Assembly: GCA_039190745.1 (NCBI GenBank) | Contig: JBCCXZ010000044.1 | Location: forward strand, 1-33,089 | Length of the DNA stretch: 33,089 bases | Direction of reading: 5' to 3' | Source: Planctomycetota bacterium | Lineage (GTDB): Bacteria > Planctomycetota > Planctomycetia > Pirellulales > Lacipirellulaceae | Shown: positions 1 through 8,261 of the stretch, piece after piece | Position numbering within the stretch: the first letter of the stretch is position 1 | How the letters are laid out: each line of letters begins with the position of its first letter | Notes under the pieces: generated by a model | The model's input: only the letters and a program-made list of their open reading frames with translations | The model's database searches: none | What the model was told of the DNA's origin: nothing | Program-made: the position numbers and the translations under genes

Positions 1-151
1 CCTGATTCGCCGCCAGCCCCACGCCCTCGTGCTCGTACATCAGCTCGAACATCTGGGCGATCATCGACCGCAGATCGGCGTCCACCCGCTTGAGCGGCTT
101 CGAAACGTGGCGCAATGTCGGATGCGGGTAGTGGATGATCTGAAGCTGCAC
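1..151 (-). CDS. def: Peptide deformylase, N-terminal part (runs off the window start)
   Basis: Not in the ORF track. Manual translation from GTG at 151 gives MQLQIIHYPHPTLRHVSKPLKRVDADLRSMIAQMFELMYEHEGVGLAANQ, with the YPHPxLR start and PDF motif 1 GxGxAAxQ. Confidence 0.95.
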   Translation of the reverse strand, partial: MQLQIIHYPHPTLRHVSKPLKRVDADLRSMIAQMFELMYEHEGVGLAANQ

Positions 152-190
152 AGGAGCGTACTCAGGTTGTGAAATGCGGTTCATGCACCC

Positions 191-267
191 TTGTGTGGGA
201 GGGCTCTCCGAGCCCGATTTCGTTCGGCCTTGATGACCGTAATCGGCCTCAGAGAGGCCTGCCACAA
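191..267. repeat. REP-like imperfect palindrome, family A copy 1
   Basis: Arms ttgtgtgggagggctctccgagcccgatt and aatcggcctcagagaggcctgccacaa are imperfect reverse complements. A second copy lies inverted at 4688-4762. Confidence 0.8.
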
Positions 268-290
268 TTAGCAGAAGAAATTGAGGCCAT

Positions 291-319
291 AGTATACGCG
301 CCGACCCGCCGCTCGGAAA
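291..319 (-). promoter_or_regulatory. Putative sigma70 promoter for def
   Basis: Minus strand TTTCCG (319-314), 17-nt spacer, TATACT (296-291). Confidence 0.5.
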
Positions 320-347
320 CGCGCCGCCCAGCGCCCGCCCCCCGTCG

Positions 348-376
348 TTGACCCCCTCCGGGGCCAGCGCTACAAT
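348..376 (+). promoter_or_regulatory. Putative sigma70 promoter for the vWA-exbBD operon
   Basis: TTGACC (348-353), 17-nt spacer, TACAAT (371-376), about 60 nt upstream of ATG 436. Confidence 0.7.
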
Positions 377-435
377 CGCTGAACTTCGCCGCTCACCCAA
401 CGCGGCCCACTCCCCACAGGCAGTGGTGCTTTTCG

Positions 436-1401
436 ATGGCCAACCCGAGCGAGTCTCGCACCGCCACGACGCCGGCCTGGCTGACCTCCGTCACCCTCCA
501 CGCCGCGGCCGTCGCCCTGCTCTTGCTCGTGCCCGCCGCCAAGCCCCGGGGAGCCGCAACCGAGCCCACCCGCCAAGTCGGCATCGTCCTCAAGCCCGCC
601 GACGACTCTGCGGACCGCTACATCGGCGAGGCCGAGAGCCAACAGCCCAGCGAGCCCGTCGTCGAAACCCCTCGCTTAGACCAATCGCTCCCCACGCTCG
701 ACGATCTGCCCACCCTCGCTTCGGTTGATCTCCCCAGCGCCGGAGCGTCTCCGAAGCTATCCGGCTCCAACGGCACCCCCGCCGGCGGGGCCCGTGCCTC
801 CGGCGGACGGCCAAGCTTCCTCGGCAACAAAGCCCGCGTGAGCGTCTTCGGCGTCGAGGGCGTCGGCACACGCTTCGTCTACGTCTTCGATCGTTCCGTG
901 AGCATGGAAGGCCGACCGCTCGCCGCCGCCAAACGCCAGCTCCTCGGCAGCCTCGACGCCCTCGACAGCGTCCACCAATTCCAAGTCATCTTTTTCAACC
1001 ACCAGCCCAAGGCCTGGGACCTCACCGGCGGCCAGAACCGCATCGCGTTCGCCACCGACCGCAACAAACGCCTCGCCGCACGCTTCGTCCGCGGCGTCTC
1101 CGCCAGCGGCGGCACCTACCGCAGGCTCGCGCTCGCCAACGGCCTCGCCCTCGGCCCCGACGTCGTCTTTTTCCTCACCGATGTCGACGACCCCATGTCC
1201 GACGCCGACGTCGCCTCTGCTATTCGGCAAGCGAACAACTCCGGCACGTCAATCAACACCATCGAGTTTGGCTTGGCCCGCAAACCGCTCGGCCGCAACT
1301 TCCTCGCGACGCTCGCCGAAGGCACCGGCGGCCGCTACGGCTACGTCAGCCTCTCCGACCTCGGCTCCGACCGCCCCGCCCAGGAGCTGCCCCAGCGATG
1401 A
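436..1401 (+). CDS. Membrane-anchored vWA-domain protein
   Basis: N-terminal hydrophobic segment (WLTSVTLHAAAVALLLLV), Pro/Ser/Gly linker, MIDAS motifs YVFDRSVSM, GGT and FFLTD. Overlaps the next gene by ATGA. Confidence 0.85.
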   Translation: MANPSESRTATTPAWLTSVTLHAAAVALLLLVPAAKPRGAATEPTRQVGIVLKPADDSADRYIGEAESQQPSEPVVETPRLDQSLPTLDDLPTLASVDLPSAGASPKLSGSNGTPAGGARASGGRPSFLGNKARVSVFGVEGVGTRFVYVFDRSVSMEGRPLAAAKRQLLGSLDALDSVHQFQVIFFNHQPKAWDLTGGQNRIAFATDRNKRLAARFVRGVSASGGTYRRLALANGLALGPDVVFFLTDVDDPMSDADVASAIRQANNSGTSINTIEFGLARKPLGRNFLATLAEGTGGRYGYVSLSDLGSDRPAQELPQR

Positions 1402-2144
1402 ACCGGCCTTACACAGCCGCCGTCGCCGCCGTGCTCTTGGCATTGTTCTGCGCGGACACCTCGCTCGCCGCCACGGCCGAACCTGCTCCGACCGACCCCA
1501 TTAGCGTCATCCTCTCCGGCGGCGTCACGGCCATCGTCATCATGGTGGTGCTCGTGCTCGTCTCCATCGCCGCGGTCGCGCTCTGCGTCGAACACTTGCT
1601 CACTATCCGCCAGAGCGAACTACTCCCTGCCGGACTCGCCGACGAGGTCCGCCGCCTGCTCACCAGCGGCGACGCCGCGGCCGCCAACAAAGCCTGCCAA
1701 GCAGAGTCCAGCACTCTGGGAGCCGTCGTCTCTTCCGGGCTCGTCGAAAGCCAGTACGGCTGGGCCGCCGTCGAACAAGCCATGCAGGAGAAGCTCGACG
1801 AGGAGTCCGCCCGCCTGATGCGGCGCATCGAATACCTCTCGGTCATCGGCAACATCGCCCCGATGATCGGCCTCCTGGGCACGGTGTTCGGCATGATCTT
1901 CGCCTTCCAGGAAGTCGCCAACACACAGGGCGCCGCCCGCGCGGGCGAACTCGCCGGCGGCATCTACCAGGCCCTCGTCACCACCGTCGGCGGGCTGATC
2001 GTCGCCATCCCCTCGCTCGCCGCGTTCGCCGTCTTCCGCAACCGCGTCGACGGCCTCATCGCCGAAACCGCCTGCCAGGCCCGCCACGCCACCACCCCAC
2101 TCAAGCAGGTGCTCAGCAAACGCACCGCGAAGGGGCCGCCATGA
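1398..2144 (+). CDS. MotA/TolQ/ExbB proton channel family protein
   Basis: Signature IAPMIGLLGTVFGMIFAF and GIYQALVTTVGGLIVAIP; N-terminal signal-like extension. Confidence 0.95.
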   Translation: MNRPYTAAVAAVLLALFCADTSLAATAEPAPTDPISVILSGGVTAIVIMVVLVLVSIAAVALCVEHLLTIRQSELLPAGLADEVRRLLTSGDAAAANKACQAESSTLGAVVSSGLVESQYGWAAVEQAMQEKLDEESARLMRRIEYLSVIGNIAPMIGLLGTVFGMIFAFQEVANTQGAARAGELAGGIYQALVTTVGGLIVAIPSLAAFAVFRNRVDGLIAETACQARHATTPLKQVLSKRTAKGPP

Positions 2145-2557
2145 GGGCCGCCCCCGCCGCCGACCGCTCCATCGAGTTCAACGTCACGCCGATGATCGAC
2201 GTGGTGTTCCTGCTGATCGTCTTCTTCCTCGTGAGCAGCCACCTCGCCCAACAAAAGCCGCAGCTCGACGTCGACCTCCCCGCCGCCGCCAGCGGCGCAC
2301 CCGCCTCCGAAACGGCCCGCCACCTCACCGTGAGCGTCCTCCCTAACGGCGAGGTGTTCGTCAACGGCGAAGCGATCTCACAAGAATCCCTCGCCAAACG
2401 CATCGAACAAGCCGCCACTCAGCGCGAGGGCGACCTCGAAGTCCGCGTCCGCGCCGACCGCACCGCCGACTTCGGCGTCCTCCAACCAATCCTACTCGCC
2501 TGCTCCGAAGCCGGCGTCTGGAACATCGCCCTCGCCGTCAACGAGGGCACGCCATGA
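2141..2557 (+). CDS. Biopolymer transporter ExbD/TolR family protein
   Basis: NVTPMIDVVFLLIVFF membrane motif with conserved Asp, DLP motif and VRAD motif. Confidence 0.95.
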   Translation: MRAAPAADRSIEFNVTPMIDVVFLLIVFFLVSSHLAQQKPQLDVDLPAAASGAPASETARHLTVSVLPNGEVFVNGEAISQESLAKRIEQAATQREGDLEVRVRADRTADFGVLQPILLACSEAGVWNIALAVNEGTP

Positions 2558-2569
2558 ACAAGAGCATTC

Positions 2570-2770
2570 GGTGCCATGCCCACGCTCGCGTGGGCACGCT
2601 CACCCGGGTGACACGGACTGTCGGCCCCAGTCGATCCGGCAATCAAGCACCACCCAAACGGCCGATTGTCCGTGTGCGCAGCACAAGAGGCGAATCGTTC
2701 CCCTATGAACTCCTCGACCTGAGCCGGCTCTCGAAACAGCACATGCACACGCAAGCGTGGGCATGCCACC
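2570..2770. repeat. Inverted pair of REP-like palindromes (REPIN-like), family B, between the two exbD genes
   Basis: ggtgccatgcccacgctcgcgtgggcacg (2570-2598) matches the reverse complement of catgcacacgcaagcgtgggcatgccacc (2742-2770). Each arm is itself a hairpin. Confidence 0.85.
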
Positions 2771-2797
2771 ATTGCAGTTAGTGCCACAGCCTAACCC

Positions 2798-3238
2798 GTG
2801 CTCACCAGCCCCAAACACCGCCGCCGACCGCTCACCATCGCCATGACGCCGATGATCGACGTCGTGTTCCTGCTGCTGATCTACTTCGTCTGCACCGCCA
2901 GCTTCACCCCGCCCGAGACCGTCCTCGCCGCCGCCATCGTCGCTGAAAAGACCGAGCAAGGCGCCGGAACCGAGAACAACGCCCCGCCGCTCGAGCGGAT
3001 CGTCGTGAAGGTGAACTCCAACGGCCCGGCCTCCACCTGGGTCGTCAACAGCCGCACCATTTCCAGCCCCGCTGAGCTGACCGAAGTGCTCGAAGCGCTC
3101 GCCGCGATCGACGCCCGCCTCCCGCTGGTGCTCGACGTCACCCCCGCCACGCCGGTGGGCGTAGCCGTCGACGCCTACGACCGCTGCCTCCGCGCCGGAT
3201 TCCAGACGCTCCAGTTCGCCGTCCCGCAGCAGCCGTGA
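2798..3238 (+). CDS. Second ExbD/TolR family protein
   Basis: MTPMIDVVFLLLIYF motif; GTG start. Confidence 0.92.
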   Translation: MLTSPKHRRRPLTIAMTPMIDVVFLLLIYFVCTASFTPPETVLAAAIVAEKTEQGAGTENNAPPLERIVVKVNSNGPASTWVVNSRTISSPAELTEVLEALAAIDARLPLVLDVTPATPVGVAVDAYDRCLRAGFQTLQFAVPQQP

Positions 3239-4605
3239 TGCGCCACGTACTCGCCATCGCCGCCACCCTCTTGCTGCCGGCTACGTCGGCAGGCGACGAG
3301 TTCGCCGACAAACTGCAGCGGCTCATGGCCGCCGGCAAGGCAGGTGGGCACGCCGCTGCCGCCGAAGCTTGCCGCGAACTCGCCCTCAGCGATCCACAGA
3401 ACCCCAACGCCGCCCAGGCCCACTACGCCGCGATCGTGTTCGCCGCCCAGGCCTGGAAGACAGCGCCCGAACCTGAGAAAGAGCAAGCACAAAAGCGGTA
3501 CGGAGAACTGCTCGGTGAACACATCGACCGCTGGCCCGTCGGGCCGCACGCGCCGCAGGCCCGGCTCTTGCTGGTAGAGCACGAGCTCCGCTCCCGCGGC
3601 GTCGAAGCCATCACCGGCGCGCTCCGGCTTTCCTCCGCCGATACCCAGAAGGCGGTGATCGACGCCGCGATCGACTCGTGCAACAACGCCCTCCGATCCG
3701 CCGACGACCACGCTGAGCGGGTTACGCTGCTCAATTCCGCCCGCAAGCAACTGCAACCCCTCATCACAGGCGACAACAACGAGTGGCCCAAGCGTTGGAC
3801 CCCGCTGCAGGTACGCCTCGCCATTAGGCTCTCCGAATGGCACCTCGCCTACCACCCGCAGGGCGGCAAGTACGCCGAGCGGATGCTCACCGCCGCCGCA
3901 ACAGCGGGAGAAGAGTGCCCAGAATCTCTAAAGCGCATCGAGTTCCTGCTCGACTGCCGCGGCTTGATCGAAGACGGCCCCCGACCCGTGAGCGTAGCGC
4001 TACAGGGTTTCTTCGCTGACTCGGCTCAACACCGCGGCACGCCCGAGGAGGCCGTCCGGTTCGTCCGAGCCATCACCGCACCTCTGATCCAGTCGAGTCA
4101 AAGAACCATCACCCACGACCTCCGCCGGCTGGCGGGTGTGGGTTGGGGGTTTCTCGCCGCACACGATCTGGCCGAATCGCCCCTCGCCGAACTCAAAGAC
4201 CAGGCACGAGAGCTCGGCCTCCCGCAAGACGCGGTCATGACGATCGTGCGTTTCCGAGTGCTGTTTGCCTACGTCCACTTTCAGCGAGCGGGCTACATCG
4301 ACAAGGTGTTCCTCCAACAATCACGTGACGCCTGCCGGCGTTGGATCGAGTTGGCCCCGACAGACCTCGACGCAGTCGAAACCGACGTACACCTGCTGTG
4401 GTTTGTCGACACACTCGAGGCGAGAAAGGAAGCCCTAGTGAGAATCACCCGCCTAGAAGGGCTTTGCAAACCAGCCAGCGAGCGCTGGAGAAGAGTGCGT
4501 CGAGATCGGATCGCGATTCTCCGCAGCCTCGACCAAACCGAAGAGGCCGATAAGCTCCAGTCGCTCACCGAGCTGCTCTACCCCGACGCCGCTCTAACTC
4601 CCTGA
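3235..4605 (+). CDS. Secreted alpha-helical (TPR-like) hypothetical protein
   Basis: Signal peptide (MRHVLAIAATLLLPATSAG), Ala/Leu/Arg/Glu-rich helical composition, translationally coupled to the second exbD. The start may be ATG 3238. Confidence 0.7.
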   Translation: MMRHVLAIAATLLLPATSAGDEFADKLQRLMAAGKAGGHAAAAEACRELALSDPQNPNAAQAHYAAIVFAAQAWKTAPEPEKEQAQKRYGELLGEHIDRWPVGPHAPQARLLLVEHELRSRGVEAITGALRLSSADTQKAVIDAAIDSCNNALRSADDHAERVTLLNSARKQLQPLITGDNNEWPKRWTPLQVRLAIRLSEWHLAYHPQGGKYAERMLTAAATAGEECPESLKRIEFLLDCRGLIEDGPRPVSVALQGFFADSAQHRGTPEEAVRFVRAITAPLIQSSQRTITHDLRRLAGVGWGFLAAHDLAESPLAELKDQARELGLPQDAVMTIVRFRVLFAYVHFQRAGYIDKVFLQQSRDACRRWIELAPTDLDAVETDVHLLWFVDTLEARKEALVRITRLEGLCKPASERWRRVRRDRIAILRSLDQTEEADKLQSLTELLYPDAALTP

Positions 4606-4687
4606 CCTCCCGCCTCCGACTTCTCGCCTCTTTTTTGTTGAAACTGGGCCGGCGCACCTGCTATACAGGTACATCTGTACATATTCC

Positions 4688-4762
4688 TTGTGTGAGGCCT
4701 CTCCGAGGCCGATTACGGTCACCGAAGCCCTGCGGAATCGGCTCACAAGAGCTTTCCTACAA
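4688..4762. repeat. REP-like imperfect palindrome, family A copy 2 (inverted relative to 191-267)
   Basis: ttgtgtgaggcctctccgaggccgattacggtca closely matches the reverse complement of 235-267 (ttgtggcaggcctctctgaggccgattacggtca). Confidence 0.8.
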
Positions 4763-4955
4763 CCGTTAGGAAATCGGGGCTTTTGGCCGCGAAGCCCCTC
4801 CATTCCAGACAGAACGCACCATGCGGAGAGCCGCCCCAGAATCGACGCACCCCCAACGCTCATCAAGCGTTGCGCCGAACGCGCAGGCCGGCGCGGCGGA
4901 CTTTTGGCGTTCCGCCGCGTGTAGCCTTATCCGCGCCAAAAGTGAAACCGAGCAA

Positions 4956-5324
4956 CTACGGCTGCGTCGGGTACCAAGGCCCGCGCACGTGGTACACCCC
5001 GAACTGAGCCGTATCCGCCGGCCACATCGGCGTGTAGTTGTAACCGCCGCCGAACGGCCCCGCCCCCGGGTAGCTCCGGCCGAACTGGTGGTCCAGCCGC
5101 GAGACGTGCATGCTCGGCGCGCCCCAACTCCAGTGCGTCTGCAGGTTCGCCGTCGGCGGCACGACCAACGCCGTCGGGGCGCCGTACAGCGTGTAGTTGT
5201 AGTTCGCGTGCCAGTTGTACTGCTGGGCACGCCGCTTCGCCCGCATGTAGCCGGGCTCGGCCCCAGCCGTCCCGGCGCCAATCGACAACGCAAGCACAGC
5301 CAAAACAATCACCGTGTTCTTCAT
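4956..5324 (-). CDS. Small secreted Tyr/Pro/Gly/Trp-rich hypothetical protein
   Basis: Clear Sec signal peptide (MKNTVIVLAVLALSIGAGTAGA), GGAGAGAAG RBS upstream, high-GC third codon positions. Confidence 0.8.
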   Translation of the reverse strand: MKNTVIVLAVLALSIGAGTAGAEPGYMRAKRRAQQYNWHANYNYTLYGAPTALVVPPTANLQTHWSWGAPSMHVSRLDHQFGRSYPGAGPFGGGYNYTPMWPADTAQFGVYHVRGPWYPTQP

Positions 5325-5385
5325 GACAACAACTTCTCTCCGTTAGGCGGGGCGATGCAAAAGCGAACGGCTCTGCCCACCACGA

Positions 5386-5757
5386 TCAGTAAGGCCACCG
5401 GACGTTCTGGAAGAAGTGGTCAAACCGCAAGCCGGACGAACCGTAGCGGATCTTCGCCCGACTCCAACCCGAACCGCGGGTGTAGGCGTAGTGCGAACGC
5501 TTGTGCTCGTACAAGTACTCGTGCGGCATCCACGGCTGGTAGGTCGTGTACGTGTGCCCCACGTGCGGCGGCGTCGGCAGCGGCGAGATGTACATCGCCG
5601 CGGCGGTGCCGCTCGGGTTCGGACCCACGTAGTAGTCGGCGAACACGTCCGACTTGCTCTGGTAGCTGATCTCGCGGCGGTTCGCGGCACCGGCGTCGCA
5701 CGCAAAGCAGAAGCCCAGCGCAGCGGCAAGGGCCGCGCAAACGAAACGGTGTTTCAT
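5386..5757 (-). CDS. Small secreted Tyr/Pro/His-rich hypothetical protein
   Basis: Start reassigned to ATG 5757, which has a GGAGG RBS upstream. Signal peptide MKHRFVCAALAAALGFCFACDAGA. Confidence 0.8.
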   Translation of the reverse strand: MKHRFVCAALAAALGFCFACDAGAANRREISYQSKSDVFADYYVGPNPSGTAAAMYISPLPTPPHVGHTYTTYQPWMPHEYLYEHKRSHYAYTRGSGWSRAKIRYGSSGLRFDHFFQNVRWPY

Positions 5758-6039
5758 CAGAATCCTCCCTCTGGCCCTCGACGGGCAGGACGGCACATGG
5801 CGGGCAAACCCACCGCAAGCACGGGCGTAGCCCGGGGCAGAGCGGTCGGCAGTTCGGCGGGCGACGCGGCGGCGTCAGTCTCGGCGGGCGGAGGCCAATC
5901 CCAGAAGGGCGGCGTCCTGTCCTACGAAGTCGGCCATTCACGGTGCTGACGATGAGCAATAATCTGCCGGCCCTACCGGACGGGTTCTCCCGACGCGTCG
6001 TGCCGGCGGCACGGCCTGGGTGCGGCCCAACCGCGCCGC

Positions 6040-6045
6040 TATAAT
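6040..6045 (+). promoter_or_regulatory. Putative -10 element for the top6 operon
   Basis: Perfect TATAAT in GC-rich DNA, about 47 nt upstream of the likely TTG start. No clear -35. Confidence 0.45.
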
Positions 6046-6091
6046 CCGTAGCTTCTACCCAGATTCACGACCGCGACCGAGGAAGCGAAGC

Positions 6092-8200
6092 TTGGCCACC
6101 GCGAAGAAAAAGAAGGCGCCCCCAAAGAAGAAGGCGAAGCAGCCGGCGAAGAAAGCCCCCAAGAAGGCGCCCGCCAAGCAGAAGCCAACCAAAGCCGCGC
6201 CGGCCGCCCCAGCCAACGGGGCCCCCAAGAAGAAGCGACGCGCCTCGGCCCAGTCGATGGCCGCTTCGCAACGCGACATCTCCGTCAGCGAGTTCTTCTC
6301 CAAAAACCGCCACCTCCTGGGCTTCGACAACCCCCGCAAGGCCCTGCTCACCACCATCAAAGAGGCCGTCGACAACTCGCTCGACGCCTGCGAAGAAGCC
6401 GGCATCCTCCCCGAGATCTGGGTCCACATCGAGCAGACCGGCGGCGACCGCTACAAGATCGGCGTCCAGGACAACGGCCCCGGCATCCTCAAGAAACAGA
6501 TCCCGCTGATCTTCGGCAAGCTGCTCTACGGCTCGAAGTTCCACCGCCTCCGCCAGAGCCGCGGCCAGCAGGGCATCGGCATCTCCGCAGCCGGCATGTA
6601 CGGCGTCCAGACCACCGGCAAGCCGGTGAAGATCCTCTCCAAGGTCTCGGTCCGCAAGCCGATCCACTACTACGAGATCCAGATCGACACGAAGGTCAAC
6701 AAGCCCCGCATCCTCAACGGCAAAGGCGAAGGCGTCGACATCCCCGCCGGCGACAAGGGCGCCGCCTACATCGACAAGCACGGCATCGAGTGGGCCGACG
6801 AGAACCACGGCACCCGCGTAACGATCGAGCTCGAAGCCAAGTACAACCGCGGCCGCGGCAGCGTCGACGAGTACCTCGAGCAGACCGCCATCGCCAACCC
6901 GCACGTCACGCTGCACTACCTGGACCCCGACGGCAACGAACGCAACTACGACCGGGCCGCCGACCAGCTGCCGCCCGAACCGAAAGAAATCCTGCCCCAC
7001 CCCTACGGCGTCGAGCTCGGCCGGCTCGCAGCGATGCTCTCCGACGCCGAGGCCATGACGCTCGGGCAGTTCCTGGTCAGCAACTTCTCAAGGGTCACGC
7101 CCGGTGTGGCCCGTCGGGTGTGCAAGGCGGCGAACGTCTCTCCCCGCGCCGGCACCCGCCGCATGGGCCGCAAAGAGGCCGACGCCCTGTACCACGCGAT
7201 CCAGGGCACCAAGATCCCGCCGCCGTCGATGGACTGCATCTGCCCGATCGGCGAGGAGCTGCTGCTCAAGGGCCTGCATCAGGTGGTGCCGGGCGAGTTC
7301 TACGCTGCCGCCACCCGCCCGCCGGCCGTCTACCGCGGGAACCCGTTCCAGATCGAAGTCGGCCTCGCCTACGGCGGCACGGCTCCCACGCAGAACGTCA
7401 CGAAGGAGCTGCTCGCCGAGCTGCTCGAAGAAACCGACGCCCGCACGGTTCGGCAGTTCCTCATCAACACCTTCAACGGCCTGGGCAGCGAGGGCGCCGA
7501 CCAGATCGTCAAGAACTCCGGCCTCAGCACGCGGCAGTCGCCCTCGAAACTCAAGCCCAAAGAGTCGGCCAAGCTGCTCGAAGCGATGAAGAACGTCAAC
7601 ATCTCCGAGGGCCAGACGATGAACGTCCTGCGGTACGCCAACCGCGTGCCGCTGCAGTTCCAGCACGCCGCGTGCGCCATCACGCAAACTGTGATCGCCA
7701 ACAACTGGCGGAGCTACGGCCTGAGCCAATCCCGCGGCTCGCTCCCCAAGGGCCCGGTGAACGTCATGGTGCACATCGCCAGCGTCTGGGTGCCGTTCAC
7801 GAGTGAGTCGAAGGAAGCGGTCGCCAGCTACCCGGAGATCCAGAAGGAGGTCCGCCTCGGCCTGCAAGCAGTCGGCCGCAAGCTCGGCATGTACCTCCGC
7901 CGGCGGCAGAAGGTGAAGCAGCAGGGCGAGCGGCGGAACGTCTTCCTCCGCTACCTCGGCGAGGTAGCCGGCGCAGTGCACGAGATCAACCAGGCCGACA
8001 AGCAGAAGGTGTACGACGACCTGCTGAAAGTCGCCAAGAAGGTGACTTCAGACGCTGACGTGAAGCTCGACGACCGCGGCCGGCCGATCGAAGACCCCAT
8101 TGCCGACCTCGGCGAGAACGTGCTCATCGTCGATCCGAACGACGTAGAGCACGGCATCAACCGTGCGGCGAAGTCTGCGGATGACTCTGAAGAAGAGTAG
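6092..8200 (+). CDS. top6B: DNA topoisomerase VI subunit B
   Basis: [20 protein letters not shown] motifs [34 protein letters not shown] and GTRV, PHPYG, transducer RYANRVPL and PFTSESKEA. Start set at TTG 6092 after a GAGGAAG RBS (the ORF track starts at 6020). Confidence 0.97.
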   Translation: MATAKKKKAPPKKKAKQPAKKAPKKAPAKQKPTKAAPAAPANGAPKKKRRASAQSMAASQRDISVSEFFSKNRHLLGFDNPRKALLTTIKEAVDNSLDACEEAGILPEIWVHIEQTGGDRYKIGVQDNGPGILKKQIPLIFGKLLYGSKFHRLRQSRGQQGIGISAAGMYGVQTTGKPVKILSKVSVRKPIHYYEIQIDTKVNKPRILNGKGEGVDIPAGDKGAAYIDKHGIEWADENHGTRVTIELEAKYNRGRGSVDEYLEQTAIANPHVTLHYLDPDGNERNYDRAADQLPPEPKEILPHPYGVELGRLAAMLSDAEAMTLGQFLVSNFSRVTPGVARRVCKAANVSPRAGTRRMGRKEADALYHAIQGTKIPPPSMDCICPIGEELLLKGLHQVVPGEFYAAATRPPAVYRGNPFQIEVGLAYGGTAPTQNVTKELLAELLEETDARTVRQFLINTFNGLGSEGADQIVKNSGLSTRQSPSKLKPKESAKLLEAMKNVNISEGQTMNVLRYANRVPLQFQHAACAITQTVIANNWRSYGLSQSRGSLPKGPVNVMVHIASVWVPFTSESKEAVASYPEIQKEVRLGLQAVGRKLGMYLRRRQKVKQQGERRNVFLRYLGEVAGAVHEINQADKQKVYDDLLKVAKKVTSDADVKLDDRGRPIEDPIADLGENVLIVDPNDVEHGINRAAKSADDSEEE

Positions 8201-8201
8201 C

Positions 8202-8258
8202 CACAGATGGACGCAGGTAAACGCTGATAGCCTCACGCAGAGACACCGAGACGAAGAG
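8202..8258. repeat. Left periodic repeat arms flanking the nuclease gene (10-nt triplet, then 8-nt triplet)
   Basis: cacagatgga|cgcaggtaaa|cgctgat (8202-8228), followed by ctca-cgcagaga|caccgaga|cgaagag (8232-8258). Confidence 0.75.
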
Positions 8259-8261
8259 AAG

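Noticed and set aside
2554..2781. 75-aa ORF between the exbD genes
   Set aside because: It runs through both palindromic arms and shows no protein-like features.
4669..4680. GTAC-N4-GTAC resembling a LexA-type box
   Set aside because: It is a single short match between convergent genes with no promoter to control.
4821..5959. ORFs 4821-5669, 5416-5949 and 5420-5959
   Set aside because: They are Arg-rich shadows overlapping two better-supported signal-peptide genes.
8163..8261. N-terminal extensions of the nuclease ORF, top6A (8854-8922) and DUF58 (19859-19903)
   Set aside because: These translate the repeat arms (for example LCAFASLRE and PSCLCG); downstream ATGs are better starts.
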